The notes beneath the pieces are model-generated. The model was not told the DNA's origin. It ran no database searches and saw nothing but the letters and a program-made list of their open reading frames with translations. A DNA stretch of 64,000 bases from Candidatus Omnitrophota bacterium (GTDB taxonomy: Bacteria; Omnitrophota; Gorgyraeia; Aquiviventales; Aquiviventaceae). The stretch is taken from contig JACPAY010000003.1 in the NCBI GenBank assembly GCA_016180575.1, positions 42,154 through 106,153 of the forward strand, read 5' to 3'. Numbering within the stretch: position 1 is the first letter of the stretch; every line of letters starts with the position of its first letter. Shown here piece by piece: positions 9,301-17,698 of this stretch. The translations under genes were made by a program, and so were the position numbers.

Positions 9301-11489
9301 GTCGTGTCTCCCCGCGGCGCCAGCAGCCGCGCGGTGATGAAGATCAGCAGGTTCTTGCGCGTGCTGGACTCGTCCGTCTGGCGGAACAGCCCGCCGACGA
9401 GCGGGATGTCCCCCAGGACCGGCACCTTGGTCACCGTCTTGGACGTCGCGTCCTTCATGAGGCCGCCCAGGACGACCGTCTGCCCGTCCTCGATGACGAC
9501 GCTGGTCGTCAGCTGGCTCGTGGTGAACTCGGGCACGGTCACCCCCCCGCCCAGGTCGCGGAACTGGCTGAAGCTGCTCACCTCGGGCGCCAGCACGAGC
9601 GTGATCGTCTTGAGGTCCTTCCCGACGCTCGGCGTCACGTTCAGGAGGATGCCCACATCCCGCTTCTGGAGGTCCTGGGGCACATTGGCGAACTCCGTCT
9701 CCCCGGCGTCATCGAAGTCGCCGTCGCCGTTGATGTCGAACTGGATGAGCGACACCTCGTAGCGGGTCGGGTAGTTGAACTCATCCACCACGCGGATCGC
9801 CGCCGATTGGTTGTTCAGCGTGGTCACGCGGGGCGCGGAGAGCGTCTTGGTCTTCTTCGACTCTTCCAGGAGGTGGAGCACCGTCTCGAACTGCGTGCCG
9901 GTCAGCACGCCCTGGAGGGTGAGGTTCAGCCCCTCGTCTTCCCGCGATAGCGCCGGGAACTTGAGGCCGCCCCCGCTCGCGATCTGATTCCCGACGCCCT
10001 GCGTCCCGTCCTGGTGCTCCTTCTTGGACAGCGTGACCGCGTTGGTCAGCACCGATTCCAGGCCGACGTGCTCCAGGTCGGTCACGACCAGCTCCACGAA
10101 CCGCGCCTCGATGAGCACCTGGATCGGCGTCACGTCCAGCTGGCTCAGCAGCCGCTCCACCTGGCGGAGGTTCTCCGCGGTGTTCGTCACGATGAGCGAG
10201 CCGCTGCGCTGGTCCACGATGAACTTGCTGTCCGGCGCCTTGGGGATCGCCTGCTCGATCAGCTTGACGATGGACTCCATGGCCAGCGCGGGGTTCGGGG
10301 AGAGGGCCGCGGTTTCCAGGGCGAAGGGCCCCAGGCCGCTCTGCAGCAGGAACACGCGGGTCTCCATCGGCTCGCTCGAGAACTCCTCCGGCGTGGAGAT
10401 GAGGATGGCGTCCCGCTCGACGCGGTAGGCGAGCGAGAGGCTCTTGGCGAGGTACTTGACCGCCCGCTCCAGCGGCATGTCCTTCACCTTGAGCGACACG
10501 CGGCGGGTCTTGAGGTCGAGCTGCGGCGAGGGGACGACGCTCACGCTGGCCGCATCCGCGATGAAGTCCAGCACATCGCTGAGCGCCACGTCGTTGAACT
10601 CAAAGCTGATCGGCTCCTGGAGCTTCCCGGCGACGGACCCATCCGGCCTCGTGGCGAGGAGCTGGCGGCCGGACGCCAGGGGGGCCTGGCGCAGGGCGGG
10701 CAGCAACTGGGCCTTCAGGACCTCGTTGTACATGGCCCGCTCGTCCCGCGCGACCTGGCGCGTGGCCCGGCGCTGCTCGTCGTCCAGCCTGGCCATCTGC
10801 GCCTGCTCGATCAGGCGGTGCGCCTCGCGGTTCGACGGGTCCTGCACCAGCACCGCGGTCAGGAGCTTGATTGCGATGTCATACTTCCGGTCCTGGATCG
10901 CCTCTTTGGCGTATTTGAACGCCGTCTCCAGCTCGATCCGCTTCTGCGTCAGCGCCTGCTCCAGCTCCGGCACGATCGCCCCGGACCGCTGCGGCGACTC
11001 GAGGCTGGCGCGCAGCCGCGCCTCGAAATGCTTCATCTCGGCCTGCGCCATCAGCCGGTCGGCGGCCTTCACCAGCGCGTGGCCGGGGTCGATCAGCGCC
11101 ATCTGCTGGAAGAGCTGCACCGCCTCCTCGTAGGCCCCGTCGCGGTAGCGGGCCAATCCCTTCTGGTAGAGCGCCTTGAGCTGCCGTTCTCTCGCGAACT
11201 GCACCTGGCGCTGCGCCTCGCGCTCCTGTGCCTGCTGCCGCTCAAGCCGCTTGCGGCCGGCGGCGATCGCCTCGCGCTGCGCCTCCTCGCGCGCGCGGGC
11301 GCGCTCCTCCTCCAGTTTGCGCTGGCGCTCTTCTTCCAGCTTGGCCTTGGCCGCATCGAGGAACTGCTGGGCCATCGGCGTCAACCGCCCCTTCGGCTCT
11401 TCCGCCTGCCCCTGCTCAGCGGCGGACAGCCGGCCGAGACAGGCGGCGGAGCATGCCAGGGCGGCGAGCAGCGCGAGGCTACGGCGCAT
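9297..11489 (-). CDS. Secretin (GspD/PilQ family) with long N-terminal coiled-coil/TPR-like extension, proximal copy
   Basis: Signal peptide MRRSLALLAALACSAACLG. About 250 aa are rich in E/R/Q/A with TPR-like helices. Secretin core: KTKTLSAPRVTTLNNQSAAIRV ... VVLGGLMKDATSKTVTKVPVLGDIPLVGGLFRQTDESSTRKNLLIFITARLL. It overlaps the next secretin by 4 nt. Confidence 0.9.
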   Translation of the reverse strand: MRRSLALLAALACSAACLGRLSAAEQGQAEEPKGRLTPMAQQFLDAAKAKLEEERQRKLEEERARAREEAQREAIAAGRKRLERQQAQEREAQRQVQFARERQLKALYQKGLARYRDGAYEEAVQLFQQMALIDPGHALVKAADRLMAQAEMKHFEARLRASLESPQRSGAIVPELEQALTQKRIELETAFKYAKEAIQDRKYDIAIKLLTAVLVQDPSNREAHRLIEQAQMARLDDEQRRATRQVARDERAMYNEVLKAQLLPALRQAPLASGRQLLATRPDGSVAGKLQEPISFEFNDVALSDVLDFIADAASVSVVPSPQLDLKTRRVSLKVKDMPLERAVKYLAKSLSLAYRVERDAILISTPEEFSSEPMETRVFLLQSGLGPFALETAALSPNPALAMESIVKLIEQAIPKAPDSKFIVDQRSGSLIVTNTAENLRQVERLLSQLDVTPIQVLIEARFVELVVTDLEHVGLESVLTNAVTLSKKEHQDGTQGVGNQIASGGGLKFPALSREDEGLNLTLQGVLTGTQFETVLHLLEESKKTKTLSAPRVTTLNNQSAAIRVVDEFNYPTRYEVSLIQFDINGDGDFDDAGETEFANVPQDLQKRDVGILLNVTPSVGKDLKTITLVLAPEVSSFSQFRDLGGGVTVPEFTTSQLTTSVVIEDGQTVVLGGLMKDATSKTVTKVPVLGDIPLVGGLFRQTDESSTRKNLLIFITARLLAPRGDTT

Positions 11490-13203
11490 GGCGGTCTCCT
11501 GGCGAGCCTCCCTCCAAGACGGCTTCCTTGGTGATGACCTGCTCGAAGAGCGCCACCGATTCCTCGTAGGCGCCCTTCTGGAACGTCTCCATCGCGCGCG
11601 CGAAGAGCCGCTCCACCTCGGCCGCCTGGGCTTCGCGCCTGGCGCGCTCCTTTTCGGCGAGGAGCTGCTCGTGCAGCACGGTGACTCGGCTCATCTGGGG
11701 CGGGTTGAGCGCCTGGGCCTGGATCACGAGGCGGATCGCCTCGTCAAACCGTCCCTTGCCCGCCAGCTCGCCGGCGCGGGCGATCAGGTCTTCCGCCTTG
11801 CGGCTGACGGCGTCCCGCTCGCGCTGCTCCGCGGCTCGTGCCTGCTGGTAGCGGGTTTCCATCTCGCGCGCCAGCTGCAGCGCGAGCTGGCGCTCGCGCA
11901 GCACCCGGTTTTGCTCCTCCAGCTGCTTCTCTTCCCGCACCTGCGTGACCAGCCGCTGCTGCAGCAGGCTCAGCTCGGTGGACAGCTCCGCGGGCGCCTG
12001 CTGGATCGCCTCGGTCAGCCACGCGATTCCCTCCACCCGTTGGCCCGCATTCTGCCGCTGGAACGTCTGCTCCAACCGCGCCAGCGACACCTGCCGCTCG
12101 GCCTGAACCGATTCCGCCCGGTGGAGCTTGGCCGTCATCTCCCGGTCGAGCTCCTCCCCGCGGCCCTGGAGCGCCGCCTGCTCCTGAACGAGCGCCTGAT
12201 GCCGCCGCTGGATGTCCGCCACTTCATCCCGCTTGGCCTGGAGGTACGCGGTGTCCTGGCGGCGCGTCTGATAGAGCAGCTCGGCCATCGACTGGCGCAG
12301 GGTGGCCTCTTTCACCGTGAGGCGCCGCGAAAGCTCCAGCGCCTGCTCCGACTTCAGCTGCTCGCCGAGCTGCGCGCGTCCCCGCTCGATGTAGGCCTCG
12401 CGCTCGGCGCTCAGCTGGGCGCGGCGGGCCTCCAGCTCGGCCTTCCGCCGCGCGAGCACCTCCTGCATGGACCGCTCGATCGAGCTGGCCAGCGCGGGGT
12501 TCGCCTCCACGCGGGCCAGGCGGTCCAGGAGATCCTGCGTCTGCAGCTCGATCTCCTTGCTCAGCTGCTGCAGCTCGCGCTCCTTGAGATTCAGATCCTG
12601 ATCCGAGGTCTTGTCGATCGCCGCCTGCTGGCGGTTCTCGAAGGTCTGCAGCTGGCGGCCGTATTCCTGCTGAAGCTCCTCGGTGATCAGCTGGCGCGTC
12701 TGCACGAGCTCCGCCGCAAGGCGGCTTTCCAGATCCTTCCGCAGGGCGGCGAGCCGATCCTGCTGCTCGCGCTCAAGCGACGCCAGCTCCTGCTCCGCGC
12801 GGCTTCGCTGCTCGCCGAGCACCTTCAGCTCGCCGGACACCGTCGACAGCTTCGTCTTCACGCTGTCCTGCGCGGCGCGCAGCTGCCGGATGTCGCGCTG
12901 CGCGTCCTCGTTGGCGGTGTAGGCCCGGAAGACCTGCTGGAGGACCGGCGCCACGTGCCGGGCTTCAGTCGGCACATGGGTGAGAAACGAGGAGAATGAG
13001 GCGGCCGTGCTGCCTGTCGAGTTAAGGCCGTCCTCGGCGGATGTCCGGGCTGCCGGAGCGGCGAGCAGGCCCGCGAGACAAAGCACAACGGCGCGGACAA
13101 CCGCCTGCTGCCGTCCGCGCCGATCCCGTGATGCGTCGTCACTGCTTCTGCGTGCGCTCACCCGATGCGACCTCCCCTTGCGTGCCACGTCTTCGCACCG
13201 CAT
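11479..13203 (-). CDS. Membrane-anchored long coiled-coil protein with C-terminal TPR-like helices (function unknown)
   Basis: Anchor AVVRAVVLCLAGLLAAPAA, then ~450 aa of heptad-like Q/E/R/L/A sequence. The C-terminus reads FDEAIRLVIQAQALNP...FARAMETFQKGAYEESVALFEQVI. It overlaps the secretin start by 11 nt. Confidence 0.7.
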   Translation of the reverse strand: MRCEDVARKGRSHRVSARRSSDDASRDRRGRQQAVVRAVVLCLAGLLAAPAARTSAEDGLNSTGSTAASFSSFLTHVPTEARHVAPVLQQVFRAYTANEDAQRDIRQLRAAQDSVKTKLSTVSGELKVLGEQRSRAEQELASLEREQQDRLAALRKDLESRLAAELVQTRQLITEELQQEYGRQLQTFENRQQAAIDKTSDQDLNLKERELQQLSKEIELQTQDLLDRLARVEANPALASSIERSMQEVLARRKAELEARRAQLSAEREAYIERGRAQLGEQLKSEQALELSRRLTVKEATLRQSMAELLYQTRRQDTAYLQAKRDEVADIQRRHQALVQEQAALQGRGEELDREMTAKLHRAESVQAERQVSLARLEQTFQRQNAGQRVEGIAWLTEAIQQAPAELSTELSLLQQRLVTQVREEKQLEEQNRVLRERQLALQLAREMETRYQQARAAEQRERDAVSRKAEDLIARAGELAGKGRFDEAIRLVIQAQALNPPQMSRVTVLHEQLLAEKERARREAQAAEVERLFARAMETFQKGAYEESVALFEQVITKEAVLEGGSPGDRHAP

Positions 13204-13225
13204 GCCTTTTGTTCGTTCTTCCTGG

Positions 13226-13765
13226 TTATTGCGGTTCCGCTTCGGCCTTAAGTTTTATGATGATCTGCTGAGCGGTTTTAATGTCCGATAATACCACTTG
13301 AGCCGGCGACATGTCAAGCACTTTGAATCCCGCAACCTCTTGTCCGACTTCAAGAAAATAGGTCTTCCCCGTGGTGGTCTCCTCCACGACGGCCCGCTGG
13401 CGCTTGCCCAAGTTGACGTGGCCCTTGTAGAGGAATTGGGGCGTGATCGGCGCGCCGGCGGCTCCGCCGGCGCTTCCGGCGGCCGGCTCGGCCTCCTCAG
13501 CGCCGACCGGACGGCGCTGCGGCGAGAAGGGGTTGGCGTTGAGGACGGCGTCCAGCCATGCCGGGTCGGCCTCCGGGATCCCCTCAGACGGCTCCGAGAC
13601 GATGGGGAACTCCTCCCGCACGCGATCCCACGGCTCGCCCGCGAGCTCGACGCGCTCCGTGCCAACGGCGGTCGCGCGCCACTGCACGATGGCGAAGGCC
13701 GCCATCGCAAGGCCCGCCGCGAGCGCCACCGGCGGCCCGGCGGAGGTGCGGTGCGTCGTCGTCAT
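13226..13765 (-). CDS. PilP/GspC-HR-like inner-membrane secretin-interacting protein
   Basis: ATG at 13765 was verified. TM segment PPVALAAGLAMAAFAIVQW, a Pro/Ala linker, and the C-terminal beta domain FLYKGHVNLGKRQRAVVEETTTGKTYFLEVGQEVAGFKVLDMSPAQVVLSD. The rest of the 388-aa track ORF is a low-complexity extension overlapping the upstream gene. Confidence 0.6.
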   Translation of the reverse strand: MTTTHRTSAGPPVALAAGLAMAAFAIVQWRATAVGTERVELAGEPWDRVREEFPIVSEPSEGIPEADPAWLDAVLNANPFSPQRRPVGAEEAEPAAGSAGGAAGAPITPQFLYKGHVNLGKRQRAVVEETTTGKTYFLEVGQEVAGFKVLDMSPAQVVLSDIKTAQQIIIKLKAEAEPQ

Positions 13766-14628
13766 GGACGGCGCTCCTTCGCGCGCGCTTTGGGCTTGCG
13801 CGGCTTCGCGGCTGGGGAGGGCTTCGGCTTCGCGGCCTCCGATGCCTCGGACTCCGCAGCGGCCGGCTCCGTCGTCTCGGCGGCCACGAGGTAGCGCGCG
13901 AGCACCAATTCCGTCTCCAGCCGCTCGCCGGCCGCCGCCGCCCCGCCCGGCGATGCCGGCCGCAGGCGGATGGCCCGCACATCGATGAGCGGCCGCGCGC
14001 GCGACAGCGCCCCGAGCGCCTTCATCATGTGAGAGAGCGAGGCCGACAGGCGGACCCGGACCGGCAGCCGCATCAGGAACGCGCCCTCCTCCGGGCGATC
14101 GGGCACCGCCTCCGGATCCTCCACCTTGAGGGACGAGATGGCCGGCACGTCCTGCTCGAAGAGCAGCGTCGCCACCTCCTCCATCAACGAGAGCTGCGCG
14201 AGCAGCCGCGGCACCGCATCGGAGGGAGGCAGCTCCTTGGGAAACCCCAGCTGCTCCGGCACCGGCACGCCGCGCGCCGCGGAGAGCCGGTCCAGCGTCC
14301 GCTGGACCTCGTGGAGGTGCTCCTGGAAGTAGAGCTGGGGATCGGCCTGCGCCGCGTCGACCAGCGGGGGGACGGCGACCGCCTTCAGCCAATGCTGGTA
14401 GCGCCGCTCCAGCGAGAGCTGGTGGGCGGTGAGATGCTCCATCACCTCCTGCGTGGGCGGGATGCCGCCGCTGAGCGCGAGCTTCTTCAGCGCCGCGCGC
14501 TTGCTGCGGATCTGGGCGTCAAGGCTCTGGAGGCTGACCCGCCAGCCGATGACGCCGGCCAGCGCGGCGCCGGCGAGGGTCGCGGCCAGGAGCGGCTGCC
14601 ACGCGATGGGGGGGCGCGGTTGGGCCAT
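13762..14628 (-). CDS. PilO/GspM-like assembly protein
   Basis: ATG 14628 makes an ATGA overlap with the upstream stop. Short cytoplasmic N-terminus, TM segment LLAATLAGAALAGVIGW, a coiled segment, then a ferredoxin-like periplasmic part (RLPVRVRLSASLSHMMKALGALS) and a basic Lys/Pro tail. Confidence 0.6.
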   Translation of the reverse strand: MAQPRPPIAWQPLLAATLAGAALAGVIGWRVSLQSLDAQIRSKRAALKKLALSGGIPPTQEVMEHLTAHQLSLERRYQHWLKAVAVPPLVDAAQADPQLYFQEHLHEVQRTLDRLSAARGVPVPEQLGFPKELPPSDAVPRLLAQLSLMEEVATLLFEQDVPAISSLKVEDPEAVPDRPEEGAFLMRLPVRVRLSASLSHMMKALGALSRARPLIDVRAIRLRPASPGGAAAAGERLETELVLARYLVAAETTEPAAAESEASEAAKPKPSPAAKPRKPKARAKERRP

Positions 14629-16082
14629 CACGGGGCGGACTCGGGTTGCAGGGGGCGCTCCACCTGCACGCTGAAGGCGATGACCTCTTTCCCGAGTGTT
14701 TCGTCGGTGATGACGTTCGTCGAGAGCGGCTTCACCGTGGTCATGCCCGCCTGGCTCTTGAGCTGCTCCAGAAACTTCGTGACGTCCTGGAACGAGGTCG
14801 CCCGCCCCTCGAGCAGCCCTCCCAGCCCGCCGCCCTTTGAGCCGTCCAGGGCCGTCAGCCAGACCGCGCGCGGCATCGCCGCGGCGATCTGCGACAGCCA
14901 GCGCGTCAGCGCGGGGGAGTCCGCCGCGAGCTGCGCGAGCTGCAGGCTGCGTCCCTCGGTGCGCTGCTGGCGCTGGATCAGGGCGCGGATCTCGGGACGC
15001 AGCGTCTGATACAGCCGCTCCCGCTGCTCGAGCGCCCGCTGGACGCCGACGCGCCGGGCGCGCACCGTCAGCATGCCGTTGGCGCCGACGAGGACGGCAA
15101 CCGCCAGACACGCGCCTGCGGCGATCAGCGAGGCCTGGCGGATGAGCCGGGCCTGTGTTTCGCGTTGCGCGCCGTCCAGCAGGTTCAGCGGGAGGGGCGC
15201 CGCCCCCACCCCTTGCAGGGCCAGGCCCAGCGCCACCGCCATCCGATCCGGCTGCTCAACCTGCACCGTGCCGAAGCCGATGGCCTTTGTGAAATCGGCT
15301 CGCTCCACCGCCGTCCCGCCCAGCGCCTGCTGCGCCGGCGCGAGCGAGTCAGGCGGGCCCACGAGCCAGACCGGGGGGGCCGCCTCGAGGCCCTCCGCGC
15401 GCAGCGCCTGCCAGGAGGCGGTGACGTGCTCCCAGAGCGCGTCGGGCGATGGGCTGGTCACCGGGACCACCTGAAGGCGGTCGGGGCCCCAGATGCTCCA
15501 CTCCGCCTGCTGCGGCTCGATCAGCGTCAGCCAGGAGGTCGTGGCGCCGCGCGAGGGAGCAAGGAGGCTCGCCGCGTTCAGCGCCGCGACGCCGTTCACC
15601 GTCACCGCGCGCACATTGAGCCCCGCGCGGCGGCACGCGGAGAGCCGCTCATCGAGCAGCGACTGCCGCATGGCCCCTGCCACCGCCTGAGCGGGGGGCT
15701 TGAGCCACTGGTAGTGCCACGCGGCGTCGGCCAGCTCGAAGGGGAGGTGCTGCTGCAGCTCAAATTGGACGGCGAGCGCCGCCCGGCGCGGGGTGACGAT
15801 CAGCGGCTGGACCGTCGTGAGGATGGCGCTCGTGCTCGGCACGCCGAGCACCACCGGGGCGGTGACGCGCAGGCGCTGCCGCAGGTCCGCCAGCGCCCGG
15901 GTGAGCGGCTCGGCCTGCGAGGTGTCGCAGGAGGCCTCCTGCGCGGCGAGGAGCTGCAGGCGCGTTCCCGCGCGCTCCACGACCACCGCCCGGAGCGAGG
16001 AGGGGCCCAGCGCGACGCCGACCCCGACCCGCCTCGACGCGCGAGCCCGCGCCAGGAGGCCGGGGAATCCGCGGAGGGGCAT
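14628..16082 (-). CDS. PilM-PilN fusion / GspL-like assembly protein
   Basis: The N-terminal ~300 aa are actin-like (VGVGVALGPSSLRAVVVE...). These are followed by TM segment ASLIAAGACLAVAVLVGANGML and a PilN-like periplasmic domain (VWLTALDGS...GRATSFQDVTKFLEQLK). Confidence 0.7.
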   Translation of the reverse strand: MPLRGFPGLLARARASRRVGVGVALGPSSLRAVVVERAGTRLQLLAAQEASCDTSQAEPLTRALADLRQRLRVTAPVVLGVPSTSAILTTVQPLIVTPRRAALAVQFELQQHLPFELADAAWHYQWLKPPAQAVAGAMRQSLLDERLSACRRAGLNVRAVTVNGVAALNAASLLAPSRGATTSWLTLIEPQQAEWSIWGPDRLQVVPVTSPSPDALWEHVTASWQALRAEGLEAAPPVWLVGPPDSLAPAQQALGGTAVERADFTKAIGFGTVQVEQPDRMAVALGLALQGVGAAPLPLNLLDGAQRETQARLIRQASLIAAGACLAVAVLVGANGMLTVRARRVGVQRALEQRERLYQTLRPEIRALIQRQQRTEGRSLQLAQLAADSPALTRWLSQIAAAMPRAVWLTALDGSKGGGLGGLLEGRATSFQDVTKFLEQLKSQAGMTTVKPLSTNVITDETLGKEVIAFSVQVERPLQPESAP

Positions 16083-16141
16083 TGTCAGACGCAGCGATCC
16101 ATACGGGGTAGCTTACACCTTCGACGCGCGCCTGTCACGGA

Positions 16142-17698
16142 TCACTCGAGTCTCCACAACTTGATGTGGGGCCCCTTGGGGAATGAGAAGAGCGAGGGCT
16201 CAACGCCGACCACCCACGTCCGCTCCGCCGGAGACGGATCCTCCTCGTCCAGCTGGATGCCCGGCGTGCCGTTGACGTCCTTCGCGGCCTTCACCCGGAA
16301 GTAGTGGTTGCCGAGGACAAGGCCTGGGACGGCCGCGGTGGCCGTCGCGCTCCAGTCGGACCACGCGTCGTTGTCGAACGCGAACGCAAACACGCAGCCG
16401 CCCTCAGGGCAGCTGAACGTGAACGTGGCCGACGGGTCCTGGCTGAAGCCGGCGGGGCCGCTGGTGATCGTCGTCTCCGGCGACAGGAGCAGGAGATCGA
16501 TGACGTCCGAGACGGGGCTGGAGGTGTTGCCCGCCTTGTCGACGAACTTCACGTACACCCGCTGCGGGCCGCGGATGGCGGTCAGCTTCCAGAACTTCCG
16601 CAGCGCCGCGTAGGGCTCCGCCACGTAGCCGGTCGCCTCGTCGTTGCTGATGAGCATGCTGGAGAGGCCGGACGTCGCGTCGGAGGCGTCCAGCTCCAGC
16701 GTGACGTGGACGCTCGTCGTCAGGTCCGCATCGCCGTTGATGAGCACCGTCCCGGTCGGGGGCTTCGTGTCAAGGGTCACGCTCCAGACGAGGGGCGTCT
16801 GGACGTTGCCCGCGACGTCGGATGCGCGCAGCTCAAGGCTGTTGGCGCCTTCCTTCCACCCGCCGCCGGCCGCGGTGAGCGTCCCGGTCGCCGGCGCGTA
16901 GGACACGCTCGCGGCGCTGCCGTTCACCTGGAGGCTCAGCGAGGAGGCATCGACCCCGCTCGCCGCATCCGCGAGGGTCGCCGTCACATTGGCGGAGGCG
17001 TTGAGCAGGCCGCCAGCCTCCGGCGTGTGGGTGACGATCTGCGGCGGCGTCGTGTCCACCCACAGCTCAAGCGAGAGCGGCTTCCCAGCGTTGCCCGCGC
17101 TGTTGAGCGCCTTGACCGTGAAGGTGTGCACCCCATCGCTCAGCGTGTTGGGGGTGGCCGCCGCCACGTCGAACGAGGTCGAGGTCGTGTCCACGACGTC
17201 ATCCGGCGCCTGGTCCAGGCCGTAGCTGTACCCCGCCACGTCCGCCCCGGTGAGCGGCGGCTCCCAGATGAAGAGCGGATCGGCATCGGTCTGCCAGGTC
17301 TGCGGGGTGATCTTCAGCCCCAGGGCGTGGGTCTTCGCATACAGGTCGGCGAGGTCCAGATCGGTGATGGGCGGGAGCGTGGTGGCGGAGAGGCTCGCGC
17401 CGAGGAAGCCGGGGACGATCCGGAACTTGGAGCTGGAGATGGTGGCCGAGGACACGCCGTCCCCGATCGATACCTGCTGGCGGAAGTTGGACGACGTGGA
17501 CGTCCCGCCGCCCTGGTTGGTGCTGCCCGTCTCCAGCTTCTGGCTGGTCCCCTCGCTGACCGCCGCCTCCGCCATCGGCGAGGTGGCGAGAAGCGCCAGC
17601 AACCATGAAAACGCTAATGTTTGGGACAGGGGACATGGGACATGGGACAACGAGCCCGCGCGACCCCCCCGTCTCCTGTCTCCTGTCTCTTGTCTCAT
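16142..17698 (-). CDS. Secreted protein with tandem Ig-like (bacterial Ig/Big-type) domains
   Basis: Hydrophobic signal LAFSWLLALLATSPMAEA. Repeated beta-sandwich modules (DTTPPQIVTHTP..., DTKPPTGTVLING...). ATG 17698 overlaps the upstream stop (TGATG). An alternative CTG start at 17629 would skip the repeat-encoded 23 aa. Confidence 0.75.
   Translation of the reverse strand: MRQETGDRRRGGRAGSLSHVPCPLSQTLAFSWLLALLATSPMAEAAVSEGTSQKLETGSTNQGGGTSTSSNFRQQVSIGDGVSSATISSSKFRIVPGFLGASLSATTLPPITDLDLADLYAKTHALGLKITPQTWQTDADPLFIWEPPLTGADVAGYSYGLDQAPDDVVDTTSTSFDVAAATPNTLSDGVHTFTVKALNSAGNAGKPLSLELWVDTTPPQIVTHTPEAGGLLNASANVTATLADAASGVDASSLSLQVNGSAASVSYAPATGTLTAAGGGWKEGANSLELRASDVAGNVQTPLVWSVTLDTKPPTGTVLINGDADLTTSVHVTLELDASDATSGLSSMLISNDEATGYVAEPYAALRKFWKLTAIRGPQRVYVKFVDKAGNTSSPVSDVIDLLLLSPETTITSGPAGFSQDPSATFTFSCPEGGCVFAFAFDNDAWSDWSATATAAVPGLVLGNHYFRVKAAKDVNGTPGIQLDEEDPSPAERTWVVGVEPSLFSFPKGPHIKLWRLE
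17623..17698. repeat. Heptamer-based inverted repeat: (GGGACAK)n - loop CGAGCCCGCGCGA - (CCTGTCY)n; copy 1
   Basis: Read directly. It is 88% identical over 78 nt to 21762-21839. It covers the first 23 codons of the track ORF. Confidence 0.7.
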
